A DNA stretch of 62,218 nucleotides, filler included, from Leptolyngbyaceae cyanobacterium (GTDB taxonomy: Bacteria > Cyanobacteriota > Cyanobacteriia > Leptolyngbyales > Leptolyngbyaceae): NCBI GenBank assembly GCA_046080785.1. It is 8 parts of 8 records of this genome, joined end to end, with 100 filler letters (N's around TTAATTAATTAA, not from the genome) between each part and the next. Parts side by side here need not be neighbours in the genome. Positions count along the whole stretch, not along the records: positions 42,173 to 46,059 come from JBJTUO010000235.1; positions 46,160 to 56,776 come from JBJTUO010000236.1; 6 more parts are not named here. One strand, written 5' to 3'. The position numbers and the translations under genes were made by a program. This document shows, piece by piece, positions 42,419 through 52,210 of this stretch (position 1 is its first letter; the number at the start of each line of letters is the position of its first letter). The notes beneath the pieces were generated by a model, which had not been told where the DNA came from, searched no databases, and saw nothing but the letters and a program-made list of their open reading frames with translations.

Positions 42419-45124
42419 TCAAACCTTGACCCCGATTTCGTCTCCAAGTTGGTATAGAATCTCTAGCAGGGTTTGGACAAAGGCTTGCGACGCTTCTTCC
42501 GATCGGAGAATTTGAGGCATCAGCGTTGGAATGTCGTAACGCTCCAGGTATTGCAAGTAGAGTTCCTGGGCGCTTGCTAAGGAGACCCCCAAGTTGAGCC
42601 GATCGCCCAATTGGATTAAGCGCTTGAAACCAGAAACATCAGTTTGCAAGATTCCCAGATCGGTTTGATGCAAAATGCCCCCTAGCGATCGCACAATTAA
42701 TCGCTCTAAAATTTGCTTCGCTTCTGGCAGGGTGAACTGGCAGTGAAGATAGACCGCTTCCGTGGCGATCGTATCCAGGTCATTCAGCAGATTGACGACC
42801 CGCTCCGTCCCCAGAGATGCCTCATCGGTTTCCTGCTCCAGGGTTCGTAGGGTTTGTAACACCCGTTGACTCAGCGCAATCTCCGCCGCCACTTGAAGCT
42901 CTTGGGGGACGGGTAATTGATCCCGATGGAAGGCCATCAGCACACCGTAATTATCGCGGTAGACCTGGGTGTAGAGCTGATCCAGGCGAGTCAGGGTTTC
43001 TTGGGTAAGCAGGCGCATAATCCGATGGCGCTCTTCAGCAAACAGATTTTGCAGGCTAAAGCTGCTATCGCCAAAGAAACCGTTCATCGCCACAATCACC
43101 TGAGCTGCACTGGCTTGTTTCAGGGCCTCAAACAAAGCAGATTTGAGTTCCGTATAGGGCAGGTTTCCTGGAAATGGTGCCACACAGCAATGAAAGTCCC
43201 AACCGCCCAAATGCAGTACCGCAAACGTGTGGGATGCTTGCTCCCAGGTAATTTCGGAAGTGAGATCTAATTGACCGACTGCGAGAGTGAGTGGCCCCAG
43301 GCGCTGCAACTGGTAATCCACTTGTTGAGCCGTGTAACAGTAGATTGACTGCTCCCGTGAGTAGGGAGTGAACAGAGAACTGATGGCATAGTGAGCAGTC
43401 ACTTGCTCCAGGCTCACCTGGGCAGGAGCGACCAGTTGTCGATAGACTTCGCCACCATGGTGAAAGGCCTCGATGTTACTGGGTGCCAGGGATAACCGTT
43501 GGACAAATTCTGTTTCCAGATGTAGACCGGTTAAGGTCTCAGCCAGTTCCATGGCGCGAGCGGCGTAACGAAGAATTTGTACCCCTTCTGGGCGAGAGAG
43601 TTCTTCAAAAAACCAACCACAACTGGTATACATCAACAGGGCATGGCGTTGCATTTCTAACAGACGCAGGGCAGTCATTTGTTCTGCCTGACTCAAGGGA
43701 TGGGACTGGTGCCAGGAGAGGAACCGTTCAATTGTTGCTGGCGACCGATCGCGAATCACCTGCACATACCCATCCCGCACCACCCAGGGCGACTGAAACA
43801 GGGGTTGGGCCTTTTCTAGGTAAATGTCCGCCAGCTGATCGCGGAGCCAATCTAAGGCATCACGCAGGGGGCGTCGCCACTTTTGATGCCACTCACCACC
43901 GCCGCCACAGCCACAATCATCTTGCCAGCGATCAACCCCATGGGCACAACTCCAGGCGGTCACTGGCTTTAGATCGACTTCCCACTCTGGGGGAGAGATG
44001 GCAAGGTAATGGGCAAAGTTGGTAACAGCCCACCCCCGTTGAGGAAATTCTTCGATAAAAGCATAGGCCAGACATTTTTCAGTAGCGCCCTTGTGATGAC
44101 CAAAGGTTTCTCCATCGGTGGCCACAGCAATCAATTGAGCGGCCCGATGGTCTCCCCGGATGGCCTGGCCTAAACGGCTGGAGAAATGGTAGGAACTGCT
44201 GAGGGTGCCATCATCAAAGCCCATATCTCGCGAAATGGGGCCGTCGTAAAAGAAAATATCAATGTAGGGTCGAGGCTCCAGGGATGGGGGACTGGTAAAG
44301 CCATTGGGATCATGGCTACTTAAGTCAGATTGAGGTCGCAGGTAGCAGCGGTAGGGCCGGGTGGGATCAATTTGACTACCGCCTACCTCAAACCACTCCG
44401 GATTGGGATTTTCAGAGGACGGTAGGGGCCGGCATCGACGAGCCTGGGAAGGAGCCAGAACGATGAACTTGATCCCCTCCTGGATCAGTACCTCCAGAGT
44501 GCCATAGTCCACTGCGGTTTCGGCCAGCCACATCCCCTCCGGCTCCCGGCAAAACCGAGAACGAAAATCGGCCTTGCCCCAGCGAATCTGGGTGCGCTTA
44601 TCTCGCTCATTGGCTAGGGGCAGAATCATGTGGTTGTAAGCCTGGGCGATCGCGTTACCATGCCCATTCAACCGCTCACAACTCCTGCGATCGGCCTCCA
44701 GAATACGCTGATAAACTTCCACATCGTAGCGCTCTAGCCAGCTCATCAGGGTTGGCCCGATGTTAAAGCTCATGTACTCAAAGTTATTAACGACCTGGAG
44801 CACCCTCCCCTGATCATCCAGGATCCTGGCAAAGGCATTAGGGCGGTAGCACTCATGGTGAATCCGTTCATTCCAGTTGTGGAAGGGGGCCGCACTGGGT
44901 TGTCGCTCGATCGCATCCAGGTAGGGATTTTCCCGAGGAGGTTGATAAAAATGACCGTGAACTGTGATGAAGATTCCCTTTGCCGGAGCGATGGGATCAA
45001 ACCCTGGTGGGTTATAGCGGGTTTCTCTGGAAATTACCTGAGCATCTGGGTAAGGGGTTACCACCCGACTGACCAAACCAGCCAGCGATCGCTCTAATGA
45101 ACCTGCTTCAAATGCTGAAGTCAT
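42419..45124 (-). CDS. GH57 glycoside hydrolase / DUF3536 protein
   Basis: HGHFYQPPRENP, GMWLAETAVD, ATDGETFGHH, WSCAHGV. Confidence 0.9.
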   Translation of the reverse strand: MTSAFEAGSLERSLAGLVSRVVTPYPDAQVISRETRYNPPGFDPIAPAKGIFITVHGHFYQPPRENPYLDAIERQPSAAPFHNWNERIHHECYRPNAFARILDDQGRVLQVVNNFEYMSFNIGPTLMSWLERYDVEVYQRILEADRRSCERLNGHGNAIAQAYNHMILPLANERDKRTQIRWGKADFRSRFCREPEGMWLAETAVDYGTLEVLIQEGIKFIVLAPSQARRCRPLPSSENPNPEWFEVGGSQIDPTRPYRCYLRPQSDLSSHDPNGFTSPPSLEPRPYIDIFFYDGPISRDMGFDDGTLSSSYHFSSRLGQAIRGDHRAAQLIAVATDGETFGHHKGATEKCLAYAFIEEFPQRGWAVTNFAHYLAISPPEWEVDLKPVTAWSCAHGVDRWQDDCGCGGGGEWHQKWRRPLRDALDWLRDQLADIYLEKAQPLFQSPWVVRDGYVQVIRDRSPATIERFLSWHQSHPLSQAEQMTALRLLEMQRHALLMYTSCGWFFEELSRPEGVQILRYAARAMELAETLTGLHLETEFVQRLSLAPSNIEAFHHGGEVYRQLVAPAQVSLEQVTAHYAISSLFTPYSREQSIYCYTAQQVDYQLQRLGPLTLAVGQLDLTSEITWEQASHTFAVLHLGGWDFHCCVAPFPGNLPYTELKSALFEALKQASAAQVIVAMNGFFGDSSFSLQNLFAEERHRIMRLLTQETLTRLDQLYTQVYRDNYGVLMAFHRDQLPVPQELQVAAEIALSQRVLQTLRTLEQETDEASLGTERVVNLLNDLDTIATEAVYLHCQFTLPEAKQILERLIVRSLGGILHQTDLGILQTDVSGFKRLIQLGDRLNLGVSLASAQELYLQYLERYDIPTLMPQILRSEEASQAFVQTLLEILYQLGDEIGVKV

Positions 45125-45559
45125 AAATTGAAATAATTTTTAATTGATCAAGGAATGGGTTACTCTTCTATTTGCTTAATTTTATAAAGAAAGGCCTGGA
45201 AAAATTGGTAGTCAACGGAACACTCGCCTCTATATAGACAACCGCAATCCTTCATTGATCCCTAGTGAGTAACGTGCCCCTAGTATAGGACTGGTCAGTC
45301 AAGGAAATTGGAAAAATTTAATAGTAATTAAGGGATCACGAGTTTAATTGGCTCCCTGGGTAATCCTGCAAATTCTTGTGAATAGACTGTTTCAACTGTT
45401 TCAACTCAGAGTATGATGCAAAGCCAGACTGACCGATTTGTCAACCCCATGGAAGTGGCTTCTATCCCAACCCTGTGGGTGCTGCTTGTCCGATGCTGAT
45501 TTGGTTCACGCAGACTGAATTAAATTCCATCTAATTAGTTAAAGTGAGGAGTCACCTCG

Positions 45560-46059
45560 ATGTATTACGTCAATCTAGCTCTGAGAACATTAAATCCCAT
45601 GGTGGTGGCGGGGGCGATCGCGGCTGTTGGGATTGGGCTTCCTGCTTTCGCTGAAACTGTACCCACTGGCCTACAGACTGCAAAGCAACCTGTGCTACTG
45701 GCTCAATTAACGGGTCAGTGCCGTCAGGTCAATCGTCAGATTGCGGTTTTTACCGCAGCAAATTGTAACAGTGGAGCTTCCCGCTTACTGCCTCAAGGGG
45801 CTCGGGTTACCCTCAATGCCAATCAATCGACCAATGGATTTATTGCAATCCAGGGGGGGGGCTTTGTGCAGACAGTCAACCTGACAAACTGCTCTACCCC
45901 GACTGGTAACCTGTGCCGTCGAGTGATTCAAACCGAGGGGTTAATTATTCGGCAAAACCCTGACCCCGATTCACGGCAGATGGGGTTTGCACCTTTTAAT
46001 AGCCAAGTTACTCTGACTACAGATCCTCCAACTGGGCAAACTGGGCCTCAAAACCGTAG
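45560..46059 (+). CDS. Secreted SH3b-like repeat protein (truncated by gap)
   Basis: Signal peptide (PAFA), two Cys-flanked beta repeats, GLIIRQNP. Confidence 0.6.
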
Positions 46060-46166
46060 NNNNNNNNNNNNNNNNNNNNNNNNNNNNNNNNNNNNNNNNN
46101 NNNTTAATTAATTAANNNNNNNNNNNNNNNNNNNNNNNNNNNNNNNNNNNNNNNNNNNNAACCCTG

Positions 46167-46736
46167 ATGGCCGTTGGGCTGACCCGTTACCATTTCCCTG
46201 GTAAGGGGCTGTACCGTGGGGTTTCTTACCTGCCGTTGATTATTCCCGACATTGCGATCGCGGTGGCAACCCTGGTATTTCTGGCTGCGGTGGTGATTCC
46301 ACTCAGCAGAGGGCTGATTCAACTGAGCTTGGGTACAATTATCGCTGCCCATGTTGTCTTTTGTCTGGCCTACGTGGCTCTGGTGGTGTCAACTCGGCTA
46401 ACAACCCTGAATCCTAACCTGGAAGAAGCAGCTCTCGATCTAGGGGCAACGCCTACCCAGGCTTTTCTCAAGGTGTTGCTACCAGAGTTGATGCCAGCCA
46501 TTATTGCTGGTTGCCTGTTGGCCTTTGTGCTAAGTATAGATGACTTCTTAATTGCGAGTTTTACGGCAGGGGGGGGCGCAAAAACCTTACCCATGGAGAT
46601 TTTTAGTCGAATTCGCACAGGGGTCAAGCCCGATATTAATGCTCTCAGTGTGGTGCTAATTTTGGCTTCAGGGCTGGTTTTTGCGTCGGCAGAATATATT
46701 CGCTACCGCAGTGAGCGGCAACGGTTAAAGGCATAA
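46167..46736 (+). CDS. Polyamine-type ABC permease (PotC-like), 5' end in gap
   Basis: LEEAALDLGA EAA loop, SIDDF, TLPMEIFS. Confidence 0.85.
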   Translation: MAVGLTRYHFPGKGLYRGVSYLPLIIPDIAIAVATLVFLAAVVIPLSRGLIQLSLGTIIAAHVVFCLAYVALVVSTRLTTLNPNLEEAALDLGATPTQAFLKVLLPELMPAIIAGCLLAFVLSIDDFLIASFTAGGGAKTLPMEIFSRIRTGVKPDINALSVVLILASGLVFASAEYIRYRSERQRLKA

Positions 46737-46745
46737 CTAATTCAG

Positions 46746-47207
46746 TCACAGGTTTGTGCTGAAACTGGTGGTCGGGTAAATGGCAACCGATAAGAAAATT
46801 TTTGGCAGTCGGGGCGTTTTGGGCCCACCCCCTAACGGGCTCTCTACTTCTAGATCGTAGCCCAACCCCCGTCGAACTTGGGTCACTTGCTCCGGGCCAC
46901 TCTGTTGTAAATGCTTTAATACAGCGCCTGCATCCTGGATTAACTGGTCAACCTGAATTTCAGCATAGACCTCAGGATAACGACTTAACCGACCCAGTCC
47001 TTCTCCCAACAGGGTGACAGCCCCTCGCCAGTTGTCATTACCCAAGTGATAGAAGGCAACAGCCAGTTGTAAAATTCCTTGATAAAAGGTTTTATCAGGC
47101 TCCATTGCTTCGATCCAAAGCGCCTCTAAAGTATCATGGCAGTCATAGAAGTGCCCCTGATTAAATTGAGTCATTGCCAGCCAAAGCTCTGCTGGTTGAT
47201 CAGTCAT
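46746..47207 (-). CDS. DUF309 protein
   Basis: FN..HFYDCHDTLEALW, YQGILQLAVAFYH. Confidence 0.9.
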   Translation of the reverse strand: MTDQPAELWLAMTQFNQGHFYDCHDTLEALWIEAMEPDKTFYQGILQLAVAFYHLGNDNWRGAVTLLGEGLGRLSRYPEVYAEIQVDQLIQDAGAVLKHLQQSGPEQVTQVRRGLGYDLEVESPLGGGPKTPRLPKIFLSVAIYPTTSFSTNL

Positions 47208-47216
47208 AGTTTCCCC

Positions 47217-48431
47217 TTAAAACTGGGTCAATGGTTTCTGAAGCTGCGTTTGCAGCGTTTCCTGAGAATTAATCACAATTCCTGGACAGTTACAATCACT
47301 CAATGCTCCTCTGGCCTGGGCCTGCCATTGGGCAGGAGCGCGATCGCCTAGCCACAGTAGCCAACGGCTACCGGTTGGCAGAGCCCTCAGACTGTCAGAA
47401 TTTTGGGTCAGCCAGACCAGGGGTAAAGTTGGTAAATCAGTGGCATGGATTGGTTCCTGTGACTGTATTGCTGCCAGCGCCTGCAAAACAACCTGGTGCC
47501 CGTGGATTAAACCCGTACCCGCCGTCCACAGTTTAACCTGAAGACTTTGGTGACAGGCATAAAAGTAGAGAGAGGCCGCAGCGATTACCGCCTGCTCAAA
47601 CTCCTGGGGCTGTGCTGTGTCTGTTTCAGCCGTTGTTCTCCAGTTCAAACCACTATCTAGACAAATAATCACCTCTTGCCCGCCTGTGAATATCTCTAAC
47701 TCTCGCACTCGCAACTCCCGATAGCGGGCACTGGTGCGCCAGTGAATCAGACGAGTGGGGTCACCCCAACGATAGGGGCGCAGCGATCGGGTTAACCCTT
47801 CGGTCGCCGCTTGAGTGCGACGATCACTCAGAACTTGAAAACTGGTATCCCGTCCCAAATCATCAACCAGGGGACAGGCGACCAGAGGCAGCACTGTGGG
47901 ATAAACAACAGCTACAGCGCTGGCAGTCTGCGATCGTCGGCACCAAAACAGCCCCAGCGGGGCCCCGGTTCTGATATCAACCGTTCGCCAGCGGTATACC
48001 CCTCGTTGCAATGCCAATTGATAGTAAACCCAGTGATATTGCCCATGGGGGGCGATTGATTCGATCGTCAAGACAGCGGGCTTTCCCAGCGTCGAAGGGA
48101 GTTGATCCCAAATTTGCAGCAGGGTCTTGGACTGGTGCCCCCGATTTTGAATGACCAGTTCAAACGTCAGCGCATCACCCGCACTCACTGGGGCGATCGG
48201 TTGCCGCAGGATTATTAAATCGTGCAGCATTCGTTCTGAGAGCCAGGCCGCGATTAGCAGTAGGGCAAAGCTAATCCCACTCATTACGTAGAGCCAGCCG
48301 GCCATTGTGTTGGTGGCAGCCAAAAAAAAGAAAACCGAGAGGCTACCCAACAACCAGCCACTGTAAGCTGGGGCTACCCAGTGGGTTTCTAGCCAATCAG
48401 CGAGCTTCAGGTGTGTCTGCTTCAGTTTCAC
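47217..48431 (-). CDS. DUF58 protein
   Basis: LRPYRWGDPTRLIHWRTSAR. Confidence 0.9.
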   Translation of the reverse strand: MKLKQTHLKLADWLETHWVAPAYSGWLLGSLSVFFFLAATNTMAGWLYVMSGISFALLLIAAWLSERMLHDLIILRQPIAPVSAGDALTFELVIQNRGHQSKTLLQIWDQLPSTLGKPAVLTIESIAPHGQYHWVYYQLALQRGVYRWRTVDIRTGAPLGLFWCRRSQTASAVAVVYPTVLPLVACPLVDDLGRDTSFQVLSDRRTQAATEGLTRSLRPYRWGDPTRLIHWRTSARYRELRVRELEIFTGGQEVIICLDSGLNWRTTAETDTAQPQEFEQAVIAAASLYFYACHQSLQVKLWTAGTGLIHGHQVVLQALAAIQSQEPIHATDLPTLPLVWLTQNSDSLRALPTGSRWLLWLGDRAPAQWQAQARGALSDCNCPGIVINSQETLQTQLQKPLTQF

Positions 48432-48688
48432 TCGTTTGATGCTGGAGAATAAAAATTTAGCAAGGCAAGAAAATCATCAAAAACTTTGGATCTCGTTACA
48501 ATAATCTAAAAACTCGATCTGAACTGATTACTAGTCGATAAAATGGGGGAATACTTCAGAAAGAACAACCTAGCTTACGGTTATGAAGTATAGTGCATCA
48601 AGCGATCGGGAATGATCGACGCCTCTACATAGTAATAATTTGCTGGTGATTTTATCGATAATTTACTGATACGAGCGAGAGAAATACA

Positions 48689-49921
48689 ATGACTGGTTCG
48701 TTTGCCCCAAAACCTCAGGAACATCACGCCGCACCAGTACCGCCACCCCCGCCTGCTCCTGTCATGGCGCAGGTAAAGTCAGGATCTACCGATTCGATTG
48801 AGCAGATGGTTCAAGCTGCCTATTCTCGTCAAGCTTCTGACATTCATATTCGAGTTGGTGAAGTTCCCCGGTTTCGGATTCGGGGTGAAATGCTTGTGAC
48901 GAAGGATCAGCCCGCAACAACTCAGGAACTATTTCAGCAGTATTTAGAAGAAATTTTGACGCCAGCCCAGCGGCAGCGATTTGAGCAGACTAGGGAAATG
49001 GATACCGCTATCTTCTACCCAGGTCTGGTACGCTGCCGGGTTAACGTATTTGACAGTCTGACCGGTGGAGCAATTGTGCTGCGGTTAATCTCTTTGGAAG
49101 TGCCCACCATTGATGGGTTGGGTTTGCCAGAGGTGTTGAAGTATTTATCCACCCAGGGGCAGGGGCTGATTCTGGTAACCGGGCCAACTGGGTCTGGCAA
49201 ATCAACCACCCTAGCTGCCATGATCCGCCATATGAATGAAACGTCTAAGCGCCATGTGGTGACGATCGAAGACCCGATTGAGTACGTCCATTCCTCTAAC
49301 AAATGCCTGATTAGTCAGCGGGAGGTGGGGCTCCATACCCTGGAGTTTGAGCAGGCGCTGCGCTCCGTTTTGCGGGAAGACCCGGATGTCATTTTGATTG
49401 GGGAAATGCGGGATCGGATTACGGTAGATACTGCCCTGAAGGCCGCCCAAACTGGCCACCTGGTTTTAGGAACATTGCATACTCGCAGTGCGATCGGCTC
49501 TCTGAGCCGCCTCCTCACTATCTATAATCCCGACGAGCAACCCGCCATGCGAGTCCAGATTACCGAGTCGCTAATTTCGGTCATTTCTCAGATGCTCATT
49601 CCCACCACAGATGGTCGTCGCACCGCTGCCCATGAAATTTTAATTAATACCCCTGCCATGCAAGACTATCTCTTGAAAGGCAATGAAACAGAGGCCTTTG
49701 AGTTGATGGAGATGGGTTCTAACGAGGGCATGCAGGTGATGAACCAGGTACTCTGTGATTTGGTGCTACTGGGTAAAATTAGCCCGGATGAAGCAGTGAA
49801 AGTTTCCCCCGATCCAGGTGATTTGCGTCGCCGCGTACGCAACGAGGGCTTTGATCCATCCCGCTCGGCCAATCGTGAGTTCGAGACCCCTGGTGCTGTT
49901 CGGGAGTACCGACCTGTGTAA
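48689..49921 (+). CDS. pilT: Type IV pilus retraction ATPase (PilT2-like)
   Basis: ASDIHI, GPTGSGKST, TIEDPIE, LREDPD, TGHLV.GTLH; Pro-rich N-terminus. Confidence 0.92.
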   Translation: MTGSFAPKPQEHHAAPVPPPPPAPVMAQVKSGSTDSIEQMVQAAYSRQASDIHIRVGEVPRFRIRGEMLVTKDQPATTQELFQQYLEEILTPAQRQRFEQTREMDTAIFYPGLVRCRVNVFDSLTGGAIVLRLISLEVPTIDGLGLPEVLKYLSTQGQGLILVTGPTGSGKSTTLAAMIRHMNETSKRHVVTIEDPIEYVHSSNKCLISQREVGLHTLEFEQALRSVLREDPDVILIGEMRDRITVDTALKAAQTGHLVLGTLHTRSAIGSLSRLLTIYNPDEQPAMRVQITESLISVISQMLIPTTDGRRTAAHEILINTPAMQDYLLKGNETEAFELMEMGSNEGMQVMNQVLCDLVLLGKISPDEAVKVSPDPGDLRRRVRNEGFDPSRSANREFETPGAVREYRPV

Positions 49922-49944
49922 ACACCCCTGTATTGGGGTATTCG

Positions 49945-50506
49945 CTTAAAGCGGGATAGATTAGTCACTACGACGGTGGCGATAAGACGAATTCTCTCAA
50001 TACCAAATCATTCACCTTGCGCCTCCAAAGACGCTGCATCCCCTTGAGGTTCAGCGTCTCAAAACACAGCGTATCAAACTGGTTGGTTCGTTGGTGAGCC
50101 AATTTCCAGAACCAATTGCAACTGCAGTTGGTGATATCCTTATGTTTCCGGGCCAGGTTTAACTAAGACTGTTCTCGCTTGTGCGAACCGTTGACCTTTC
50201 TGGACGGTTCACGGCTTAGCCTGGATTATTCACGAAGCCCTCAATTATTGGCTGTCATTCCCGTGGCATCAGGGTGGATTCCCGCCTACGCGGGAATGAC
50301 GGAAGTTCAGTTAGCTCATGAATTATGCAGGTTAAACGATGGCGGGTTGTTCAACTATCTTGCACCGTTTGAGAGCCGACTATCTGTCAGAGTGAATTTT
50401 CTTGTTTCAGCTTGGCAATATGAGCCTGAAGTTTGGCACAGTTCAAATGCTTTCCCCACATCCGGTAATACCGTTTAAGGAGTGGGCTTTACGCTCACTT
50501 CTGTAA
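49945..50506 (-). pseudogene. tnpB: Degenerate IS605 tnpB element with internal deletions
   Basis: RYYRMWGKHLNCAKLQAHIAKL and WFWKLAH...FETLNLKGMQRLW fragments; TTAC-preceded left end at 50506. Confidence 0.8.
50216..50335. mobile_element. MITE with REP-like palindromes (short copy)
   Basis: TIRs CCTGGATTATTCACGA / TCATGAATTATGCAGGTTAA; inverted, internally deleted version of 59242-59426. Confidence 0.8.
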
Positions 50507-50763
50507 TTCTTTTGGCCTAGTCTTCAAGGCGACAAGTTATCCCTGCAATAAAATCCAGGAGGCAGGAGCCAGAATCCAGCAATTTGCCTATCCTTTCAAT
50601 ACTTTTGAATCGCCGAAATCTTCTACCCTTGATTGCGCTGTTTTTCAATAAAAAGTACCCCAACAAAAGAACTTTAGGATATTTTTTCTATAAAGCATTT
50701 ATAATATTTACTGTTGGTAGTTGGTCTATTAATTGTCTTCAGCATTGCAGGATTTTGAAAGAA

Positions 50764-51195
50764 ATGGCAGAGAATCCAAACACCCCTTTGACTGGAAAGG
50801 CACTACTTCAAAAAGTTAAAGAGTTATCTCATTTGCCGCGTCGAGAAACGGCAAAGTCTTGCGGATACTATACACTGACAAAAAGCAATCAGGTACGGGT
50901 TAATTTAACTGACTTTTATGACGCCGTTCTAGCTGCTAGGGGGATTCCCCTCAGCCCGGAAGGGGTAAAAGATGGTCGGGGGCGTGAACCAACCTACCGG
51001 GTGAGCGTGCATAAGAATGGTCAAATAGTCATTGGTGCTGCTTATACTCAGGCAATGGGGTTAAAGCCCGGTGATGAATTTGAGATTAAACTGGGTTATA
51101 AGCACATCCATCTCATCCACCTTGATGGGGATAAAAAAGAAAGGAGAGACCACTTTGTCGAAGATGAAGATGAAGATGAAGATGAAGATGATTAA
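50764..51195 (+). CDS. cyAbrB (clade A, CalA-like) regulator
   Basis: PLTGKALL.KVKEL, GREPTYRVSVHKNGQIVIG; acidic (GAAGAT)n tail. Confidence 0.92.
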   Translation: MAENPNTPLTGKALLQKVKELSHLPRRETAKSCGYYTLTKSNQVRVNLTDFYDAVLAARGIPLSPEGVKDGRGREPTYRVSVHKNGQIVIGAAYTQAMGLKPGDEFEIKLGYKHIHLIHLDGDKKERRDHFVEDEDEDEDEDD

Positions 51196-51355
51196 CCCAC
51201 ATCCACATTTAAAGCAGTGAAATTCTAGGCTCAATGCTGTAAAGAATTTCACATTTAAAGTGAATTGGATCAATTTTCCAGGTCAATGATTTTTGTTCAA
51301 CGCAGTTCCCGCTAGAATTATTGGCATTTAATGGTCACTTCTTTAGGGGGCAGCA

Positions 51356-52210
51356 ATGGATTGTGAGTTATTCTTAAATCAATGGGTGCTTCTCTGGCAA
51401 GGATGGTCTTCTTACACAAAGATCGGCCTCTTTTTTGTAGTTTGGGTATGGATGTGGTTTCCCTTGGCGGTTCCCCTGGCGATCGCTGTCAACTGGCAAT
51501 TTTTTCGAGTCCCAACACCACAGCAAAAATTGCCGTTGATTATTTCCCTCTATTTACTGGCTCCACTCTTGCTTTGGGGGGTGAGTCGGCTAGAAGATCA
51601 GCCATTTTCAAGCTATGGCTTGGCTCTGACAGCAAAGACAGGTCTATCCATTCTCCTAGGGTTAGGCATGAGTTTAATTGGCTTGGCCCTTGTTTTTGCC
51701 CTGGAAACCCGCCATGGCTGGGTCGTCTGGCAATCTGACAAAAAGCAAGCATTGTTAAGCTGCCTGGGGCCACTTTTGCTCCTGGCACTCCTGATTAGCG
51801 CTGTTGAAGAATTGGTATTTCGTGGCTTTTTGGTGAATCAATTCCTACAAATTCACTCCCCATGGGTTGCGGCGATCGGAGCCAGTCTCCTATTTGCCCT
51901 CCTGCATGGCATTTGGGATGGCCCCTCGGTTGTACTCCAATTACCGGGGTTATGGCTCCTGGGGATGCTGTTAGTGCTGGCTCGCTTGACAAATGATGGT
52001 AGCTTGGGGCTAGCGATCGGCCTCCATGGTGGCTGGGTCTGGGGGCTGGCCAGCCTAGATGTCTCTCAGATGTTGCATTACTCAGAACAGCGCCCGCTTT
52101 GGTTAACCGGGTTAGGCGGTCAGCCTTTAGCGGGCGTCCTGGGGATTGGATTATTACTAGCAACGGCTGGTGTTATTTGGGGCTCAAGTTATTTCACATC
52201 CCCCCTCTAA
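51356..52210 (+). CDS. CPBP (CAAX/Abi) intramembrane protease
   Basis: EELVFRG, FALLH, IGLH. Confidence 0.88.
   Translation: MDCELFLNQWVLLWQGWSSYTKIGLFFVVWVWMWFPLAVPLAIAVNWQFFRVPTPQQKLPLIISLYLLAPLLLWGVSRLEDQPFSSYGLALTAKTGLSILLGLGMSLIGLALVFALETRHGWVVWQSDKKQALLSCLGPLLLLALLISAVEELVFRGFLVNQFLQIHSPWVAAIGASLLFALLHGIWDGPSVVLQLPGLWLLGMLLVLARLTNDGSLGLAIGLHGGWVWGLASLDVSQMLHYSEQRPLWLTGLGGQPLAGVLGIGLLLATAGVIWGSSYFTSPL

Noticed and set aside
50584..50763. N-terminal extension of the cyAbrB ORF
   Set aside because: AT-rich promoter region read in frame; homology starts at ATG 50764
51160..51192. (GAAGAT)n repeat
   Set aside because: Encodes the ordinary acidic tail of cyAbrB
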